Virus record (IMG/VR): IMGVR_UViG_3300025018_000468
Location: 1 to 27,636 of that record
Source of the DNA: a virus
Lineage: Duplodnaviria; Caudoviricetes
Reading direction: 5' to 3' (one strand)
DNA: 27,636 bases
Each line of letters opens with the position of its first letter. The stretch's first letter is position 1. The position numbers and the translations under genes are program-made. The notes beneath the pieces are model-generated. The model did no database searches and was not told where the DNA came from. It was given only the letters and a program-made list of their open reading frames with translations. This document shows, in pieces, positions 23,600 through 27,636 of this stretch.

Positions 23600-25662
23600 T
23601 GCCCGCCCATCAGCTCTGGCTCAAGGTGCCGCGCAACGTGGTTTTCGAGCGCGGGTTCGGCATTCAGCACAAGCCGGGCGACGTGAAGGACGACCTTTCC
23701 GGCGCCGCGCATAGCATCGATCCGCTGACAGGGTTCGCCTGCCCGAAGGTCACCTGGAGCGCCGAGGACCCGCTGAATTGGAGCCTGTCGGGCGATCCCG
23801 TGGCGGACTACGTCTACGGCACGGTGCCGACGACGACGAAGCGGTGGCCGATCCATACGGCCGAGGGGGAGTTCACGGCCACGTCGGCGACGGAGCTGGC
23901 GGCAGGTCACGGCTTCTTCTTCTCGTTTCTGATCTGGCAGGCCCCTTCGACAGGCTCAGGACAAGCGCGGGAGATCCGGGTCAAGTTCGGCGGCGGGTTC
24001 ACGCTGAAGCTGTCAGACGGCGTGGCCGAGCTGCTGCGTGGTGATGGCGAGGCCGCCGAGACGATCGGGTTCCAGAGCTTCTGGCCCCAGGAGGAGTGGT
24101 TCGGCCGGTTCCACACGCTGTACGTCTACAACATCGGCACGGCGGTGGCGGTGCGGCGGCTCGGGGACGCGGTGCGGGAGACCGGCATCCTGGCGTTCGA
24201 CGAGGCCGCGGGCGACCGGTCACCGAAGTTCGCGCTGCAAGCGGCGAAAGTCAGCATCGAATCGACGGGGCACGTCGCGGTGTTCCTCGCGCCGGAACGA
24301 CACGATACGACGCTCAGCTTTCAGCACGCGGCGATCCGGATGCCGGAAACCAGCACGCAGGAGCCCGAGGCGTCGTTCCGCTGGATCGCGCCGAACGTGA
24401 CTGGTGAGGAAGAGCCGCCGGCGGAGCCGACGATCACCGTGCTGGACGGCGACGGCAGCAGTCTCGGCGACGCGCCGTACGAGGACTTTCGGTACCAGGT
24501 CGACGCGACGCTGACCTCGGACACCAGCCCGAATCTGTACGTGACCTCGACGCGGGTCTGGTTCCCGCCGTTGACCGGCTCGGATGGCGCGGCGGCGCAG
24601 GACCTGGCGGCGATCGACGGGATCGCGGTGCAGCGGGTGACCGAGAAGCTGTCGCTGGCGGACCAGGACGGCCGGCTCGATTTCGACCTGATCGCGCTGC
24701 GGGGCAGCGTCAGTCCCTACGTGCAGGCCAACATGTTGGGCGCGTGGAAGCCCCGCGGCGTGTTGCGCGCGGCGTTCCTGACCGACCGGCCGACGCTGGG
24801 CTTCCCGTCGCGGACGCTGGAACGGCTGAGCTTCAGCGCCCGGACGCGGTGGAAGGCGTTCGCGACGCAGAAGTGGACCGGCTCGGAGACGTACGGCGGC
24901 AAGCTGTTGGCGGAGGCTTACCGCGACGTGGCGCTGCGGGCCGGTCTGGACGCCTCCGAGGCGGTGATCTACGCCGGCGGGTACCGGCTGCCCGAGCCGG
25001 ACGACGACGGCGACGAGGGGTTGGAGTTCCGAAACGAGCAGAGCATCGCGGACATCCTGACGTACCTGCGCGATCAGTTCGGCGCCGGCGACGTGCTGCG
25101 GTTCCGGCCGGACGGGCTGTTCTACGCCGAGCCGCTGCCGACGGCGCATTCGGGCGTGACGTTCCACTGGTCGACGCCGCAGACCGAGCTGGCCGACATC
25201 CTGGCCGGCACGTCCGACTACCCGCGCGTTCTGCGGGCGAGCTGGGAGGAGGCGCTGTCCGAGGAGGGCTTCGCCAACGAGGTCTTCGTGCTCGGCTACG
25301 ACAAGGCGAAGCGCCCGCTATTGAGCTTCGCGACGGACTGGGACAGCATCAATCGCCCGACGCTGGACCTGATCGGGACGATCAACCCGAACTACGTCGG
25401 GGAGTTTCGCCGGCTGGTGATCATCGACCCGGCGCTGATGCGGCAGGAGGTCGTCAACTGGGTCTGCCGGCAGGTTTTCGAGCGGGTCAGGAAGCTGCGG
25501 ATCTTCGCGAAGTTCGAGGCGATGTACGTCGACACGCTGCTGCCCGGCGCGCTGGTGACGATCGACGGGCGGGGGACGTGGCGGCTGCTTTCGATGGAGA
25601 CGGAGTGGGTCAAGGACGCGCCGGCGGGGCTGTCGAGCTATGAGGCGGAGGCGGTGCTATGA
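23599..25662 (+). CDS. Distal tail/hub-like protein
   Basis: TGATG overlap with the tape measure gene; hub-like C-terminus (LRFRPDG, FANEVFVLG, LLPGALVTI); contains family A copy 7 (23941-23966). Confidence 0.65.
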   Translation: MPAHQLWLKVPRNVVFERGFGIQHKPGDVKDDLSGAAHSIDPLTGFACPKVTWSAEDPLNWSLSGDPVADYVYGTVPTTTKRWPIHTAEGEFTATSATELAAGHGFFFSFLIWQAPSTGSGQAREIRVKFGGGFTLKLSDGVAELLRGDGEAAETIGFQSFWPQEEWFGRFHTLYVYNIGTAVAVRRLGDAVRETGILAFDEAAGDRSPKFALQAAKVSIESTGHVAVFLAPERHDTTLSFQHAAIRMPETSTQEPEASFRWIAPNVTGEEEPPAEPTITVLDGDGSSLGDAPYEDFRYQVDATLTSDTSPNLYVTSTRVWFPPLTGSDGAAAQDLAAIDGIAVQRVTEKLSLADQDGRLDFDLIALRGSVSPYVQANMLGAWKPRGVLRAAFLTDRPTLGFPSRTLERLSFSARTRWKAFATQKWTGSETYGGKLLAEAYRDVALRAGLDASEAVIYAGGYRLPEPDDDGDEGLEFRNEQSIADILTYLRDQFGAGDVLRFRPDGLFYAEPLPTAHSGVTFHWSTPQTELADILAGTSDYPRVLRASWEEALSEEGFANEVFVLGYDKAKRPLLSFATDWDSINRPTLDLIGTINPNYVGEFRRLVIIDPALMRQEVVNWVCRQVFERVRKLRIFAKFEAMYVDTLLPGALVTIDGRGTWRLLSMETEWVKDAPAGLSSYEAEAVL

Positions 25663-27389
25663 GCGACCTGCTCCGCTTCGAGTTGACCGGCGCCGACATC
25701 GGCCTGGACGCGATCGGCACCAACGCGGCGTGCATGGGGCCGCTGCTCGGAGAAACGGTCGAGCACTCGAACTCGGAGCGCCGGAACGGCGACGGGGCGG
25801 CGCTGGCGTCGGTGATCGCGCTGACGCTGGAGGGGCCGACGACCGTCACGCTCAGCATCGTCGCCTACGGCTGCGCCGTCGACGACGAGATTCTGCTGGA
25901 GTGGGGCGAGTGGCGGTTCGACAGCTTCGAGCCGTACTGGGCGTCGGGGACGAACCCGCCGGCGTGGGAGAGCCGCGGGTTGTTCCGCATCTGGGCGAGC
26001 TACGGCGGGTCGTCGCCGGTCAAGGAGTGGAGCGCCGGGTCGAGCGACCCGCTGGGCAACGGCTCGAACCAGGTGACCGTCGGCGAGGGCGGGTTGATCA
26101 GCTTCGCCGGGCAGAGCTACCAGATCCCGAGCGAACATTGGGACGGGCACCAGGTCACCGAGATCGACTGGAACGCCTGGCGGCCGTGGCGGGCGGAGCA
26201 TTGGCTGTCCTTCGTCGCGACCTACGGCGGCGGTGTGACGCGGCAGACCACGGGCCGGGCGCACAACCATCTCTTCGAGGCGGTGACGCGGGCGTGGGCG
26301 GGCACCTGGTTCAGCGGTGACGAGGAGACGGAGACGCCGGCGGCGCCGGAGGCGCAGGTCCACCTCGTGGCCGACTACTACACGTATTTCGACGTCGGCG
26401 GCGGGAGTTCGAGCGACGAGCATTCGGGCTACTGCACACTCACGAACGATGCGCCGGAAGGCGACCCGCTCTACGGCACGGCCGATCCCGAGACCGGCTA
26501 TTCGACCGACGCGAGCATCGGCCACTGGACGGCACGGCGCGGCGCGGGCCGGTTCGGCGACAACGTCACGCGGCTGGCGAGCGGGACCGAGTACCTGGTG
26601 CGCACCGAGGCAGGCCAGTCGCGGGTGCATCGCCGCGCGGGTCACGGCGAGGACTGGACGCCGGTGATCCTGATCGGCTCGACCGGGACGTTCACCCGGC
26701 CGCCGCTGGGCGCGGCCGCGGGCGACCGGTTCGTCGTGCGGCAGGCGCGCATCGCGGCCGAGGTGACCGACGATCTGGGCCACTCGTTCGCGGCCGTCGG
26801 CGGCGGCGAGGCCGACCCGCAGGTCGCGGCGCTGCGGGACGAGACGGAGCTGATCGCGCTGTCGGCCGACCAGCCCGACGGGTTGATGTGCGGCGTGCGG
26901 CTCTCGGGCGGCCAGCTTGTGGCGGTGGACGCCGACGGCGACACGGACCCGGTCGCCAGCGTCTCGGGCGGTGCGCAGGCGGTCGTGTTCCGGGGCGGCG
27001 ACGGGCGGTGGGAGATCGTCGCGCTCGACGCCGGCACGCTACGGAGCTTCGTCAGCGCGGGCGTGGCGGCGCGGGACTGGTCGCAGACGGCGTCGCAGGC
27101 GCTCGGCGCGGCGGCCGCCGGACTGACGCGGATGGTGGGCTGGAGGTCGCGGGGCGGGCTCGACCTGCTCTGCGGGCACCACCCGACCGACGGCGTCTAC
27201 CGGGTCTGGTACCGGCCGGGTGCGGGCCAGCAATGGCTCGGCGGGAGCCTCGCCCTCCCGTCGCTGGTCGCCTACCCACCTTATCTCTACGAGCGGCCGA
27301 CGGCGCAGATCGAGTTCGGCTACTACGACGGCGGTGTCTGGACGCGCCGGGTCGCGGATCATCCGGCCGGGACTTGGAGCGAGCCGTGA
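25659..27389 (+). CDS. Putative tail tip/minor tail protein
   Basis: ATGA overlap; Gly/Trp-rich beta-type sequence; position. Confidence 0.55.
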   Translation: MSDLLRFELTGADIGLDAIGTNAACMGPLLGETVEHSNSERRNGDGAALASVIALTLEGPTTVTLSIVAYGCAVDDEILLEWGEWRFDSFEPYWASGTNPPAWESRGLFRIWASYGGSSPVKEWSAGSSDPLGNGSNQVTVGEGGLISFAGQSYQIPSEHWDGHQVTEIDWNAWRPWRAEHWLSFVATYGGGVTRQTTGRAHNHLFEAVTRAWAGTWFSGDEETETPAAPEAQVHLVADYYTYFDVGGGSSSDEHSGYCTLTNDAPEGDPLYGTADPETGYSTDASIGHWTARRGAGRFGDNVTRLASGTEYLVRTEAGQSRVHRRAGHGEDWTPVILIGSTGTFTRPPLGAAAGDRFVVRQARIAAEVTDDLGHSFAAVGGGEADPQVAALRDETELIALSADQPDGLMCGVRLSGGQLVAVDADGDTDPVASVSGGAQAVVFRGGDGRWEIVALDAGTLRSFVSAGVAARDWSQTASQALGAAAAGLTRMVGWRSRGGLDLLCGHHPTDGVYRVWYRPGAGQQWLGGSLALPSLVAYPPYLYERPTAQIEFGYYDGGVWTRRVADHPAGTWSEP

Positions 27390-27636
27390 GCCAGCACGAC
27401 GAGATTACCCGCGAGGCGAACCGGCGGCTGGTGCAGCGCCGTGGGCCGGACGCCGGCGTGGTGGTGCGGCGCGAGACGACGCGCGGGTTCGAGCTGGTCG
27501 ACGAACTGCTGAAGGCGTACCAGACCGGCCGGCTGTCGACGGCGGGCCGGTCGCTGACGGCCGAGGGGCCGGACGGCGAGACGCTGGACATCCTGATGTT
27601 CGGCTGGTCGACGTTCGGCAGCGACGACGTGTTCGG
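27386..27636 (+). CDS. Hypothetical tail-region protein, 3'-truncated
   Basis: GTGA overlap with GGAG RBS; MSQHDEITREANRR...FGWSTFGSDDVF open to the window end. Confidence 0.6.
   Translation, partial: MSQHDEITREANRRLVQRRGPDAGVVVRRETTRGFELVDELLKAYQTGRLSTAGRSLTAEGPDGETLDILMFGWSTFGSDDVF

Larger units (their letters stand above)
1..27636 (+). mobile_element. Mu-like transposable prophage/phage, non-contractile tail type, internal segment
   Basis: DDE transposase followed by an AAA+ ATPase, then lysis, terminase, DUF935-like portal, MuF, gpG, I/Z, gpT capsid, gp36, tail tube and tape measure in Mu-like order. Many stop/start overlaps, all on +. No sheath gene and no phage ends visible. Confidence 0.95.

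Noticed and set aside
4826-23966. Family A or other repeats as Mu-end transposase binding sites or att sites
   Set aside because: Dispersed singly inside genes, not clustered at termini; phage ends are outside the window.
27380-27389. cgagccgtga (…EP*) resembling the start of family B
   Set aside because: Only 10 nt match, no hairpins follow, and it is explained by a GTGA gene overlap.
572-27591. Many long minus-strand and alternative-frame ORFs (e.g. 572..2263, 11190..12563, 13845..15275)
   Set aside because: Shadow ORFs expected at about 70% GC; Arg/Pro/Gly-rich, no motifs, fully overlapping well-supported + genes.
1-27636. Diversity-generating retroelement, invertible tail-fibre cassette, tRNA or rRNA
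   Set aside because: No reverse transcriptase, invertase, TR/VR pair with A-specific mismatches or RNA gene recognised in this window.

Overview
The window is an internal 27.6 kb segment of a high-GC, Mu-like transposable (pro)phage. All credible genes are on the + strand, and both phage ends and the repressor lie outside the window. Gene order: partial early gene, DDE transposase A, AAA+ transposition protein B, small early/regulatory genes, lysis cassette, small and large terminase, DUF935-type portal, MuF-like protein with a metallopeptidase-like C-terminus, gpG, protease/scaffold (I/Z), capsid decoration protein, Mu gpT-type capsid, head-tail joiners, a GT2 glycosyltransferase, tail tube (no sheath, so siphovirus-like), frameshifting tail chaperone, tape measure with an embedded Cys/His peptidase domain, and distal tail genes. 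The most unusual layer is non-genic. About 30 short repeats from six unrelated REP-like families sit at gene junctions and in-frame inside essential genes. One is a co-oriented 23-24 nt micro-insert for which filled and empty sites can be compared within the window. A duplicated promoter plus 19-bp RNA hairpin module heads the two late operons. All product calls come from motif and synteny recognition only; no searches were run.
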